Below are positions 27,423-36,959 of a DNA stretch of 64,000 bases, one piece after another. The stretch is from Myxococcota bacterium (GTDB taxonomy: Bacteria > Myxococcota_A > UBA9160 > SZUA-336), in contig CBDFGR010000002.1 of assembly GCA_965247115.1 (NCBI GenBank), positions 864,001-928,000 of the forward strand, read 5' to 3'. Within the stretch, counting starts at the first letter, position 1; each line of letters opens with the position of its first letter. The position numbers and the translations under genes were made by a program. Under the pieces are notes generated by a model. The model did not search any database, was not told where the DNA came from, and worked only from the letters and a program-made list of their open reading frames with translations.

Positions 27423-28271
27423 ATGGAACTAGGCGTGATGATCTTCCCCACCGACAAGTCGATCCAACCGGTCGAGCTCGCCAAAGCGGCGGAGGATCGC
27501 GGCTTCGAGTCGCTCTGGTTTCCAGAACACAGCCACATCCCCGTGAGCCGCAAGACCCCGTGGGGCGGCGCCAAGGACATGCCGCCGCTCCCGGAGGAGT
27601 ACTGGCGCAGCCACGACCAGTTCATCGCCCTGGCGGCCTGCGCGGGGGTCACCGAGAACCTGAAGCTCGGCACCGGCATCTGTCTCGTCGCGCAACGAGA
27701 CCCGGTATGGCTGGCCAAGGAGGTCGCGAGCCTCGACCTGATCTCGGGGGGCCGTTTCCTTTTCGGCATCGGCTACGGCTGGAACCGCGAGGAGATGCGC
27801 AACCACGGCCTGGACTTCAAGCTGCGCCGCGAAATCTTGCGCGAGAAGATCCTGCTCATGAAGGAGATCTGGACAAAGGACGAGGCCAGCTTCTCGGGCG
27901 AGCACATACAGTTCGAGAAGAGCTGGTCGTGGCCGAAGCCGGTCCAGAAGCCCCACCCGCCGATCATTCTCGGCGCCGCGGCAGGGCCCAAGACCTTCCC
28001 TCACATCATCGAGTTTTGCGACGGCTGGATGCCGGTCGGTGGGCTACACGACTTCGAAGGCGGGCTCAAGGGTCTGGAGAGCGCGTGCAAGGACGCGGGC
28101 CGTGACCTGGACTCGCTCGAGCTCGGTGTGTTCTATGCGGGGGGCGTAGACACGGATCAGCTCAAGACTCTGCCCGACGCCGGGGTAAAGCGCGCGGTCC
28201 TGCCCCTTCCATCCAAGTCGGCGGAGGACGTGCTTCCGCTACTGGACGAATACGCAAAGCTGCTCGGCTGA
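27423..28271 (+). CDS. LLM-class (probably F420-dependent) oxidoreductase
   Basis: GFESLWFPEHSHIPV, LAKEVASLDLISGGRF, GWNREEM, PKPVQKPHPP. Confidence 0.92.
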   Translation: MELGVMIFPTDKSIQPVELAKAAEDRGFESLWFPEHSHIPVSRKTPWGGAKDMPPLPEEYWRSHDQFIALAACAGVTENLKLGTGICLVAQRDPVWLAKEVASLDLISGGRFLFGIGYGWNREEMRNHGLDFKLRREILREKILLMKEIWTKDEASFSGEHIQFEKSWSWPKPVQKPHPPIILGAAAGPKTFPHIIEFCDGWMPVGGLHDFEGGLKGLESACKDAGRDLDSLELGVFYAGGVDTDQLKTLPDAGVKRAVLPLPSKSAEDVLPLLDEYAKLLG

Positions 28272-28309
28272 CTCACGGAGGGCGACAGCGTCGCCGTTCG
28301 CATCAGCTC

Positions 28310-28666
28310 CTAGCGTACCCGGTACAGACCCTGGAGCCGTGTGTAGATTTTCGAGTTCAAGGGAGCGAGGATTTCCCTGAGCTGCGGCGAGGGGTCGCCG
28401 AACACCTCTTCGGACAGTTCACCCAACCCGAGGAGTCTGTCGAGGACGTCACCAAGGTTGTCTACGTGGTCCAGCACAGCTTCGGAGCTGGCATAGGTTT
28501 CGAGGATCACGCACTCGGTCTCGTCGGCGTTCAGGAAGAAGTCGTATTGGAGGGTCCCGGTGTCCTTCTCCTTGGTGATGGCCATACACTCGGCAGCGGT
28601 CGCTTTGAACTCGTCCAGCTTGCCTGGGTGGATCTTGATGTGATCATGGAAATAAAGCGTGCTCAT
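28310..28666 (-). CDS. Antibiotic biosynthesis monooxygenase (ABM) domain protein
   Basis: PGKLDEFK..KDTGTLQYDFF..ETYASSEAVLDH; GGAG RBS. Confidence 0.8.
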   Translation of the reverse strand: MSTLYFHDHIKIHPGKLDEFKATAAECMAITKEKDTGTLQYDFFLNADETECVILETYASSEAVLDHVDNLGDVLDRLLGLGELSEEVFGDPSPQLREILAPLNSKIYTRLQGLYRVR

Positions 28667-28722
28667 GTCGGCTCCAGCTAAGCCGTGACGATAGCACCTC
28701 GCGGTGCAGCCGGACTCGCTCT

Positions 28723-29457
28723 CTAAGGGAGCTGGCGAAACTCGGCGCCGAGCAGCGGGTGCGGGCCCTCTGGAAGCAGCAGCGACCGTTCGGAGCGGAG
28801 CTCGATTGCCACCGACGCGTCGGCGGCGCCGTGCTCGAGCCCGACCACTACGCGCATGCCCGAACCCGGCCAGCTGAAGCGCAGCTCGCCGGGGGTTTCC
28901 TCCAGCTCCGCTTCGAGCAGCTCAGCCCATTGGCGGACTGCACGACCCCGATCGCTTGTGCGCAGGCGCACGCCCACGAGCCTGACCGGCGGCGGAGACA
29001 CGGCCGGCTCTTCGAAGGGAGGAGTTGCCTCGTAGTCGTGCTCGTGCTCGTGGTCGGCGTCGTGACGCGACTCGACCATCTGCACGACGATTCCCATTGC
29101 CTGCTTGGGGTGCAGGAATGCCTCGCTCCACTGCGAGTCGCTATCGCGATACCCGACGATCCCGTAGCCAAACGACTCGGCCCGCTCACAGCTGGCGCGC
29201 AAGGACGGCACGTAGAAGGTCACGTGGTGGATGCCGGGACCGTTCCGGTCGAGAAAACGGTGCACGAAGCCGCCCGGCGAGCCGTCGGGCTCGATGACCT
29301 CGAGTCGACCACCGTTCGCGTAGTCCCAGTGCCACCAGCGATACTCTCCATCCGATCCCCCGAAGCCACTCCGCCCTCCGAGCTCCCCGACAAGGAAGGC
29401 CAGCGCAGCCTCGATTCTAGGCGCGGCAATGGCGATGTGATCGAAGGCTACGGGCAC
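28723..29457 (-). CDS. VOC/glyoxalase family protein (methylmalonyl-CoA epimerase-like)
   Basis: FDHIAIA, LEVIEP, RFLDRNGPGIHHVTF, EAFLHPK..GIVVQ. Confidence 0.85.
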   Translation of the reverse strand: MPVAFDHIAIAAPRIEAALAFLVGELGGRSGFGGSDGEYRWWHWDYANGGRLEVIEPDGSPGGFVHRFLDRNGPGIHHVTFYVPSLRASCERAESFGYGIVGYRDSDSQWSEAFLHPKQAMGIVVQMVESRHDADHEHEHDYEATPPFEEPAVSPPPVRLVGVRLRTSDRGRAVRQWAELLEAELEETPGELRFSWPGSGMRVVVGLEHGAADASVAIELRSERSLLLPEGPHPLLGAEFRQLP

Positions 29458-29485
29458 GGGCGGCAGCTGTTATAGCATTCGCCTC

Positions 29486-30706
29486 GTGTCGATCGAGTCC
29501 CGCCCGACGCCGAGACGCGAGGGGCCCCTAGCGCCGTTCGGCCTTCCCGCGTTCCGACGGCTCTGGACGGCGGGCGTACTGTTCTCGCTCGGGCAAATGA
29601 TGGAGCGCACCGCGATTGGCTGGTTCGTGCTCGATCTGACCGGGTCCGTCTTCCTGACGGCGCTGGCCTGGTCGGTACGTAGCATCCCGAACGTTTTCTT
29701 CGGCCCGATCGCGGGCGCTCTCGCAGATCGCTACTCGCGCCGAGTCCTGCTTGCAACAAACGCGTGCGTTCGCGCTTCCATCGTGACCGTGCTCGGTCTC
29801 GTCGCGGGAGGCGAGGAGGCGGTGCTGCAGATCCTCGTCCTCGTCGGGCTGAGCGGCGTAACGATGACCGTGCAGACCGCCGCCCTGCAGTCGCTCGCGG
29901 GAGATGTGGCCGGAGCCGGCCGCCTCGCCAGCGCCATCAGCCTCGTCTCGTTCGGCGCTCGCTCGGTGGGCGCCGTCGGCGCCCTCGCGAGCGGTTTTCT
30001 GATCGCCGGGATCGGTGCATCCGGGACCTTCCTGCTCGCGGCCGCGCCGCTCGTACTCAGTGCACTACTGTTCGCCTCTGTGCCTTCCCCGGCACGCGCG
30101 CCATCGAACGCCAGGCTCTCTGCCGACGTGCTCGAGGGACTGCAAACGATCGTTCGCGTCCCTATCGTCGGGCTTCTGCTCGGCCTGATGGTAGTTGTGG
30201 AAATCCTGGGCTTCTCCTTCAACGCGCTCCTCCCGGCCGTTGCAGACCTGCTCCTAGGCGTAGGGCCTGAGGGCCTCGGGACCCTGATGTCTGGAGCTGC
30301 GCTCGGCTCGATGGCCGGGACGGCGTTTCTCGCGCTTGCCCACCGCTCGCCGAAGGGACCACTGCTGCTCGGCGCCGTGTCGCTCTTTGGCGTGCTCCTC
30401 GTCGGTCTTGCGGTATCTCAGAGCTTCCTGCTCTCGATGCTCATCGTCGGCGCCGTGGGCGCGATGGCCGCAATGGTCGACGCGCTCGAATGGATGTTGC
30501 TCCAAGCGAGCGTCGACGAGCGCTTGCGGGGCCGAGTGCTAGGCGCCTGGAACCTGGCGATCGGCTGGGGCTGGATCGGACCCGTAGTGCTCGGAGCACT
30601 CGCCGAGTGGATCGGCGTAGAGAACGCCCTCGCTCTTTCGGGAGCACTGCTCGCCCTGACGGGTGCCCTGGTCGCGTCCCAGTCGCGGCTCCTGCGCCAG
30701 GCGTGA
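29486..30706 (+). CDS. MFS transporter
   Basis: About 12 hydrophobic segments, GALADRYSRR, LRGRVLG. Confidence 0.9.
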   Translation: MSIESRPTPRREGPLAPFGLPAFRRLWTAGVLFSLGQMMERTAIGWFVLDLTGSVFLTALAWSVRSIPNVFFGPIAGALADRYSRRVLLATNACVRASIVTVLGLVAGGEEAVLQILVLVGLSGVTMTVQTAALQSLAGDVAGAGRLASAISLVSFGARSVGAVGALASGFLIAGIGASGTFLLAAAPLVLSALLFASVPSPARAPSNARLSADVLEGLQTIVRVPIVGLLLGLMVVVEILGFSFNALLPAVADLLLGVGPEGLGTLMSGAALGSMAGTAFLALAHRSPKGPLLLGAVSLFGVLLVGLAVSQSFLLSMLIVGAVGAMAAMVDALEWMLLQASVDERLRGRVLGAWNLAIGWGWIGPVVLGALAEWIGVENALALSGALLALTGALVASQSRLLRQA

Positions 30707-30791
30707 AGCCAGCGCAGACCTCGGCGCGAGCGCGAGGCGACCTCCAGCACCCTCCTGCTAGAAGAGACGGACTGCGCCGAGCGATCCGCCG

Positions 30792-31517
30792 CTATGCCGA
30801 GGGGGCGGGCCGGGCGCGCTGGTTGTAGAGCATGCTCCGGCGCCGCTCGATCTCCTCTGGCGAGAGCTTCGAGAAGTCCTCGCGCAGGTCGTCGCCGACC
30901 GCCATCCCGCGCTTGACGGCAGGCCGCTCACCCAGCTCTTCGAACCAGCGTTTGAAGTACACAAACTCGTTGATGTCCTGGCCCTGGTTCTCCCAGCCAG
31001 CGCACCACGGGTAGCTGATCATGTCTGCGATCGTATACTCGTCGCCGGCGAGGTAGGGTCGATCGTAGAGCCGATTGTTCAGCACGCCGTACAGTCGGTT
31101 CGCCTCGTCCGTGAACCGCCGCACGGCGTAGGCCTGGTCGCCCTGCTCTTCGCCCAGCCGGCGAAAGTGGCCGCACTCGCCCAGCTTTGGTCCCTGATTT
31201 GCCATCTGCCAGATGACCCACTGGCAGACCTCATACCTCCGACGGGGATCCTGGGGCCAGAAGCGACCCATCTTCTCGGCGACATACATCATCATGGCGC
31301 CGGACTCGAAGAGGGCAATCGGCTCTCCACCACCGATCGGATCGTGGTCGACCAGGGCCGGCATCCTGTTGTTCGGGCCGATATTCAGGAACTCCTCGGT
31401 GAACTGATCGCCGCGCCCGATGTTGCACGGGACGATCTTGTAGTCGATGCCGAGCTCCTCGAGCAGGATCGTGACCTTCTTGCCGTTCGGGGTCGGCCAG
31501 TAGTGGAGATCGATCAT
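30792..31517 (-). CDS. Glutathione S-transferase, YfcG/YghU (Nu class)-like
   Basis: MIDLHYWPTPNGKK, PNNRMPAL, FESGA, YTIADM. Confidence 0.92.
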   Translation of the reverse strand: MIDLHYWPTPNGKKVTILLEELGIDYKIVPCNIGRGDQFTEEFLNIGPNNRMPALVDHDPIGGGEPIALFESGAMMMYVAEKMGRFWPQDPRRRYEVCQWVIWQMANQGPKLGECGHFRRLGEEQGDQAYAVRRFTDEANRLYGVLNNRLYDRPYLAGDEYTIADMISYPWCAGWENQGQDINEFVYFKRWFEELGERPAVKRGMAVGDDLREDFSKLSPEEIERRRSMLYNQRARPAPSA

Positions 31518-31584
31518 CGCCGGTGGTCCTCCCTGTGGAAGCGTGTGTGCCCATCATACATGCGATGGACGGGTACGCGGGAGC

Positions 31585-32058
31585 TCAGGATCCCGTCGAC
31601 AAGTCTTCAGACTGGGGAGCCATGCCCTTCTCGGTGAGCTCCCGCATTGCATCGTCGCTCTTCTTCATGCCATCTAGGCCCATGCCGCGGAGCACGTGGT
31701 GCGCCTTGGTGAACTGGATGTTCTCGTAGCCGACGATCTCGATGCGGTTGCCCCAGGGATCGAGGAAATCGAGAAAGCGACCGGACAGGATCTCGACGCC
31801 CATCTCCCCGAGCGCGCTGCGGACGGCCTCCTTGTCGGAGACCACGAGACCGAAGTGGCGACCATCGTCGGGCCCCTGGCGCCTGCCCTTCTGCAGCGCC
31901 AGGAACTGGTCACCAAGGTCGACGAAGGCCATGCTCTCGCTCTTGCCCCGTAGCTCGAAGTCGACGAAGCCGCCGTAGAACTCGAGCGCCTCGTCGATGT
32001 CGCCCACTTCCAGCGCCACGTGGTTGAACCCCACGGCCCGCGCTCTGATCCTTCCCAT
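31585..32058 (-). CDS. VOC family protein
   Basis: GFNHVALEV, HFGLVV, FLDPWGNRIEIV; AGGAGG before ATG 32058. Confidence 0.87.
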   Translation of the reverse strand: MGRIRARAVGFNHVALEVGDIDEALEFYGGFVDFELRGKSESMAFVDLGDQFLALQKGRRQGPDDGRHFGLVVSDKEAVRSALGEMGVEILSGRFLDFLDPWGNRIEIVGYENIQFTKAHHVLRGMGLDGMKKSDDAMRELTEKGMAPQSEDLSTGS

Positions 32059-32170
32059 CGCGATGCCTCCTTGCGGACCCGACCGTAGGGTACCATCCAC
32101 CACAGCCGGGTCTTGGTCGGATGTACGGGCTAGAGTCCCGACGGCCTGGCGGCACGGAGGGGGAAGCTCG

Positions 32171-34012
32171 GTGGCGAAAGAACGAGCAGGCGACGGCAGG
32201 AAGAGGGAGAGCCGCTATACGCGCCGAGGAGCGCTCTTCATCCTAGCGGCCACTGGCGGCTTCATCGTCTTCGAGGTTCTGAGAGAGTGGCTGTTCCCGG
32301 AGCTGACAAAGTGGGAGTCCCGCGCGGTCAGCATCGTACTCATGGTCGCGGTGAGCACACTCGCCGTCCTCTACCTCTCGCGCATCCTGGGGACCCAGGA
32401 GCGCACTACAGCGCGCATCCTGCAACAGAATCTCGAACTCAGCCTGGCCGATGCGTCTTCGCAGGCAAGCAAGGAGCACGTTCGACGACTTCTGGAGCAG
32501 ACCTCTGCCATCCCCTGGGAGGCCGACCCAGAGACCTGGATGTTCAACTACGTGGGACCCCAGGCCGTCAGGGTCTTCGGCTACCCACTCGAGGCCTGGT
32601 ACGAGGAGGGCTTCTGGGAGCAGCACCTGCACCCTGACGATCGAGAGCGCGCGGTGGCCTTCTGTGCCGAGGGCATGAGGCGCAACGACAAGTTCGAGAT
32701 GGAGTACAGGATGCTGAACTCGAAGGGCGAGATGGTCTGGCTTCACGATTTCTTCAGCGTGGAGTTCGAGGACGGGAAGCCGAAGTCCCTTCAGGGCTTC
32801 ATGATGGATATCACCGAGCGCAAGCGGTCTGACGAGGAGCTGTCCGAGCGCCTGACCTTCGAGAAGCTGATCTCCGAGCTGTCCGCCTCGCTGATCGACC
32901 TCCCCACCGACCAGTTCGACCCGACTCTGAACGCGATACTGCGCCGCGTGGGCGTGTTCATGGACGTGGATCGCTGCGGCGTCGCGCAGTTCGTCGAAGA
33001 CAAGACAGAAGTACGGATCACCCACATATGGACCGCGAAGGGGAGGCGCACGCCCCCGGGGAAGGCGCAGATGCGGGTCGATCTATCGTGGTTCGCGCGC
33101 CGCATGATCCAAGGCAAACATCTCACCTTCAACAGCTTGAGCGAACTCCCCGCGGAGGCAGGAGGGGAGCGCGTATACCTCGAACGCTTCGGGGTCCGTG
33201 CCGGTGTCGTCGTTCCGTTGGCCTCAGCAGAGGGCGTGATCGGGCTCTTCTCGGTCCAGATGTTGCGCGCGGAGCGAAGCTGGTCCGAGGAGGACCTGCG
33301 CCGACTACAGCTCGTCGGCGAGATCATCGGTAACGCCCTCCTACGTCAGCGCTCCGAAGCCACGCTGCGGGGGCTCAGCGGGCGGCTGATCCAGGCGCAA
33401 GAAGACGAGCGTACCCGCATCGCCCGCGAGCTTCACGACGATGTCGGCCAGCGGCTGGCGCTCCTCTCGCTGGATCTGCACAAGCTGGGCTCGAGCCCCA
33501 GCGATCCCGACCAGGTCTACCTTCGTAGCGCGGAGCTCGTGCGCCGCGTGAACGAGCTGTCGGGTGACGTGCAGAGCGTTGCCTACAACCTCCATCCGGC
33601 GCAGCTCGAGCATCTCGGCCTCGGACCTGCTGTCGAGGGCCTCTGCAAGGGACTGATTGCCAGACACGACCTGCGCATCAAGCTCGACCTGCACGAGTTG
33701 CCCGAGCTCTCGGATGCGGTCGCGCTGTGCCTGTACCGCATCACCCAGGAGGCCCTGCAGAACGTCGTCAAGCACAGCGGCGCAGACGCGGCGCGGGTCG
33801 AGCTATGGGAAGACGAGGACGCGATCATCCTGCGGATCTCCGACACCGGATCGGGCTTCGAGCCCGGCTCGCCGCAGGGGGGCGGCTTCGGCCTCGTCAG
33901 CATGCGGGAGCGGCTGCGGCTCGTCGACGGCCAGCTCACGATCGAGTCGTCGCCGGGGACCGGAACGCGCCTCGAGATCCGCGTGCCGACCACTCCCGCG
34001 GACGCCGGCTAG
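32171..34012 (+). CDS. Membrane PAS-GAF sensor histidine kinase (HisKA_3/NarX-type)
   Basis: Two TM helices, PAS (HLHPDDRE), GAF, ERTRIARELHDDVGQ, QEALQNVVKHS, DTGSGF, GFGLVSMRER; start approximate. Confidence 0.9.
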   Translation: MAKERAGDGRKRESRYTRRGALFILAATGGFIVFEVLREWLFPELTKWESRAVSIVLMVAVSTLAVLYLSRILGTQERTTARILQQNLELSLADASSQASKEHVRRLLEQTSAIPWEADPETWMFNYVGPQAVRVFGYPLEAWYEEGFWEQHLHPDDRERAVAFCAEGMRRNDKFEMEYRMLNSKGEMVWLHDFFSVEFEDGKPKSLQGFMMDITERKRSDEELSERLTFEKLISELSASLIDLPTDQFDPTLNAILRRVGVFMDVDRCGVAQFVEDKTEVRITHIWTAKGRRTPPGKAQMRVDLSWFARRMIQGKHLTFNSLSELPAEAGGERVYLERFGVRAGVVVPLASAEGVIGLFSVQMLRAERSWSEEDLRRLQLVGEIIGNALLRQRSEATLRGLSGRLIQAQEDERTRIARELHDDVGQRLALLSLDLHKLGSSPSDPDQVYLRSAELVRRVNELSGDVQSVAYNLHPAQLEHLGLGPAVEGLCKGLIARHDLRIKLDLHELPELSDAVALCLYRITQEALQNVVKHSGADAARVELWEDEDAIILRISDTGSGFEPGSPQGGGFGLVSMRERLRLVDGQLTIESSPGTGTRLEIRVPTTPADAG

Positions 34013-34034
34013 CTGCTACGGGATCTGCCGCCGC

Positions 34035-34673
34035 CTAGGGACGTGTCCTGCCCCAGCCGTTCCAGTAGGTCACCTCGCGGGCGGGTCGCCGGTCCGCCGG
34101 ACGCAGGACCGCGTCGCGCACGTATCCGACCGGGAGCAGCACGGTCTGTGTCACGTCGTCGGGAATTCCGAGCACGTCGGCGGCTTCGCGCTCGTGCATC
34201 AGGTGTAGCGTGGTCCACGTCGCACCGAGCCCGCGGGCTCGAAGAGCCAGCATGAGCGACCAGGCCGCCGGAAGGATGGACCCGTAGAGGGCCACCTGCT
34301 GGGCGACGTTTCCCGCTTCCGCGCGCCCGTGGATGCACGCCAGAATGAGAGCGGGGAATTGGTGCAAGCGTTCCGCGAGACTGCGCTGCGCCGGCCGGAT
34401 CTCGCTCACGGACTCGCCGTCGCGGGCTGCAGCCTGAGCCTGCGTCGCGTAGGTCGCGAGCGCACGCCGGTACAGCTCCGCAATCGCGGCCTTGGGAGAG
34501 GGGTCGGTGATGACCATGAAGCGCCAGCTTTCGCGCTTCGCGCCGGTCGGTGCCTGTGTCGCGATGTCGATGCACTCCTCGATGATCTCTGCCTCCACGG
34601 CACGCTCGAGATCGAGGCGACGGCGCACCGACCGAGTCGTGGTGAGCACGTAATCGACTGCGTCGAGATCCAT
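34035..34673 (-). CDS. Nitroreductase family protein
   Basis: LTTTRSVRRRLD, QAPTG..SWRF, LALRARGLGATWT. Confidence 0.9.
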   Translation of the reverse strand: MDLDAVDYVLTTTRSVRRRLDLERAVEAEIIEECIDIATQAPTGAKRESWRFMVITDPSPKAAIAELYRRALATYATQAQAAARDGESVSEIRPAQRSLAERLHQFPALILACIHGRAEAGNVAQQVALYGSILPAAWSLMLALRARGLGATWTTLHLMHEREAADVLGIPDDVTQTVLLPVGYVRDAVLRPADRRPAREVTYWNGWGRTRP

Positions 34674-34764
34674 CCGACTCTAGGATAGCGGGAAGTCGCG
34701 CTCCGCGCGCCACACGGTACCTGACTCACGCGGTATCATCCCCGCCGGAGACGGAGGGAGCTGC

Positions 34765-36060
34765 GTGATTCCGAGACTGGCAGCTACTGCGCCATTCTAT
34801 GGATGGCGCATCGTCGCCGCCATATTCGTCATGCTCGCCGTCTCTTCAGGGCTCGGCTTCTACAGCATGGCCGTGTTCCTCGAGGCGCTCACGACCCAGC
34901 AGGACTTCTCTGTAAGTGCCGTGTCGGGCGCGACAGCACTGCTGTTTGTCGTTAGCGGGATCAGCGGGGTCTTCATCGCCGGTCTGATCAGACGCTACGA
35001 CCCCCGACTGCCCATTGCAGTAGGAGCCCTGATCGCCTCGATTGCGCTGGTACTCATCGGTCGGGCTCAGGAACTGTGGCAGATCTACGCAGCTTACACA
35101 CTTTTCGGTGTTGGACAAGCGGCGTCGTCGCTGGTGCCAGGAACGACCCTCCTAACCCGCTGGTTCGTCCGCCGGCGCGCGGTCGCGATCTCGCTGGCCT
35201 CCACCGGACTCTCCGTTGGTGGTGTGGTGCTCACGCCGCTGGCGGCTGCCGGGATCCAAGAATACGGCATGGAGGTAACAACGCTCTGGATGGCCATCGC
35301 CTACCTGGTCGGGATCGTTCCCGTGACGGCCGTGGTCCTGCGCCCGTACCCTGCAACGCTGGGTCTGCTTCCCGACGGCGATCGGGCGTCGGGATTGGAG
35401 GAGTCATTCGAATCCTCCGGGACGAGGCTGCGACACGTGCTGTCGTCCCGCTTCTACGTGGCGATGACCGTCGGCTTCGCCTTCGTAATGGCGGCGCAGG
35501 TCGGTGGGATCGCCCATCAGTTCAAGCTCGTCGCTACGCGGGTCGATGCGACCTTCGCCGCCATCGCTGTGTCCGCGCTCGCGGCAACGAGCATCGTCGG
35601 ACGACTCACGGGCGGCTGGCTCGTGACCGTGATCTCCATGCGTGGCTTCACCGTTGCGATGACCCTGCTGCAGGCTGTAGCCCTCGTGATTCTGGGCCTG
35701 AGCCAAACTCCAGCTGCGCTACTCGCTGGCACGCTCGTCCTCGGCGTCACCATGGGCAACCTGCTGATGCTGCAGCCGCTGCTCCTGGCAGAAGCCTTCG
35801 GCGTTCGGGACTACAGCCGCATCTACGCCATCAGCTACCTCGTCTCGACCGTTGGACTCGCGGCCGGCCCCTGGGTCATGGGCCTGCTTCACGACGCTGC
35901 AGGCGGCTACACCGAGGCCTTCCTGATTGGTGGGCTCGTCTCGATCGTGGCGACGGTGTGCTTGCTGGCAGCGGGACCGCTCGCCGCCGCGCGCGGCGCT
36001 GAGTCAGTGCCAGCGGCTCGGCCGGTCGCGCAGGGCATCGGAGCCGAGCACGATACATAG
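34765..36060 (+). CDS. MFS transporter (OFA/MCT-like)
   Basis: FYGWRIV, RWFVRRRAVAI, EAFGVRDYSRI; about 12 TM segments. Confidence 0.9.
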   Translation: MIPRLAATAPFYGWRIVAAIFVMLAVSSGLGFYSMAVFLEALTTQQDFSVSAVSGATALLFVVSGISGVFIAGLIRRYDPRLPIAVGALIASIALVLIGRAQELWQIYAAYTLFGVGQAASSLVPGTTLLTRWFVRRRAVAISLASTGLSVGGVVLTPLAAAGIQEYGMEVTTLWMAIAYLVGIVPVTAVVLRPYPATLGLLPDGDRASGLEESFESSGTRLRHVLSSRFYVAMTVGFAFVMAAQVGGIAHQFKLVATRVDATFAAIAVSALAATSIVGRLTGGWLVTVISMRGFTVAMTLLQAVALVILGLSQTPAALLAGTLVLGVTMGNLLMLQPLLLAEAFGVRDYSRIYAISYLVSTVGLAAGPWVMGLLHDAAGGYTEAFLIGGLVSIVATVCLLAAGPLAAARGAESVPAARPVAQGIGAEHDT

Positions 36061-36888
36061 GGCCTCGAAGCGGTCCCTCGGCACGCCCTGCCACTCGAGA
36101 TCGTCCAGCGACTCCGTGAGTGGGACATCGTCTACGAGCGTCGCGAGGTGCTTGTAGAGGGCGACCTCCTCCCGCATCTCGGCGAGCACACCGGCGAGCC
36201 TGCTCGCGCCGCGTACCTTGACCTCCCACTTCTCCGCGTCGTCCGGAATCGCCTCGACCGAGCCGTAGTGCGAGAGCAGCGCGCTGGCCGTCTTCGCTCC
36301 GAAGCCGGGAAGACCCGGGATCCCGTCTGCATCGTCTCCGACGAGTGCGAGATAGTCGGGCACGCTCTCTGGCGCTACACCGCTGCGCGCGCGCACGCCC
36401 GCCTCGTCGAGCAGCCGCTCACGCACGCGATCCACCTGCACGACCTGCCCCCCCACGACGCACTGACCGAGATCCTTGTCTGGCGTCAGGATGCGAACCT
36501 GTTCGACCTCGTCACGCCAGCGGAGGGCGGCCGTCGCCAGCGCGTCGTCTGCCTCCCAGCGATCCATGGACCAGACGACGATTCCGAGCGCCTCTGCCGC
36601 TTCCTCGACGAGATCGAATTGTGCCCTCAGCGCCGGGTCCACGCCGTCACCCGTCTTGTAGCCTGCAAAGAGCTCATTGCGGAAGGACACGATCGGGTTG
36701 TCGAACGCGATCCCCAGGTGGGTCACGTCTTCTGCGGGATCCTCGAGGAGCCACAGCATGGACAGCGCGAAGCCCAGCGTGGCCTTGACATCCTGGCCGC
36801 CGGGGGAGACGTGCTCGGGCCGCTTCGAGTAGTGAGCGCGAAACAGCTCGTACGTGCCGTCGACCAGGTGCAGACGCGCGCAGCTCAA
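36004..36888 (-). CDS. Stand-alone 5'-3' exonuclease / flap endonuclease (PolI 5' nuclease-like)
   Basis: LVDGTYELFRA, FRNELFAGYK, EADDALA, DKDLGQ, LVGDDADGIPGLPGFGAKTA. Confidence 0.92.
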   Translation of the reverse strand: MSCARLHLVDGTYELFRAHYSKRPEHVSPGGQDVKATLGFALSMLWLLEDPAEDVTHLGIAFDNPIVSFRNELFAGYKTGDGVDPALRAQFDLVEEAAEALGIVVWSMDRWEADDALATAALRWRDEVEQVRILTPDKDLGQCVVGGQVVQVDRVRERLLDEAGVRARSGVAPESVPDYLALVGDDADGIPGLPGFGAKTASALLSHYGSVEAIPDDAEKWEVKVRGASRLAGVLAEMREEVALYKHLATLVDDVPLTESLDDLEWQGVPRDRFEALCIVLGSDALRDRPSRWH

Positions 36889-36959
36889 TGGACCTTGACT
36901 CCCATTCCTGATCGGCTGAGTGCCGAGTATCGCCGGGTCGGACCAGCGGAGCTTCGCCC

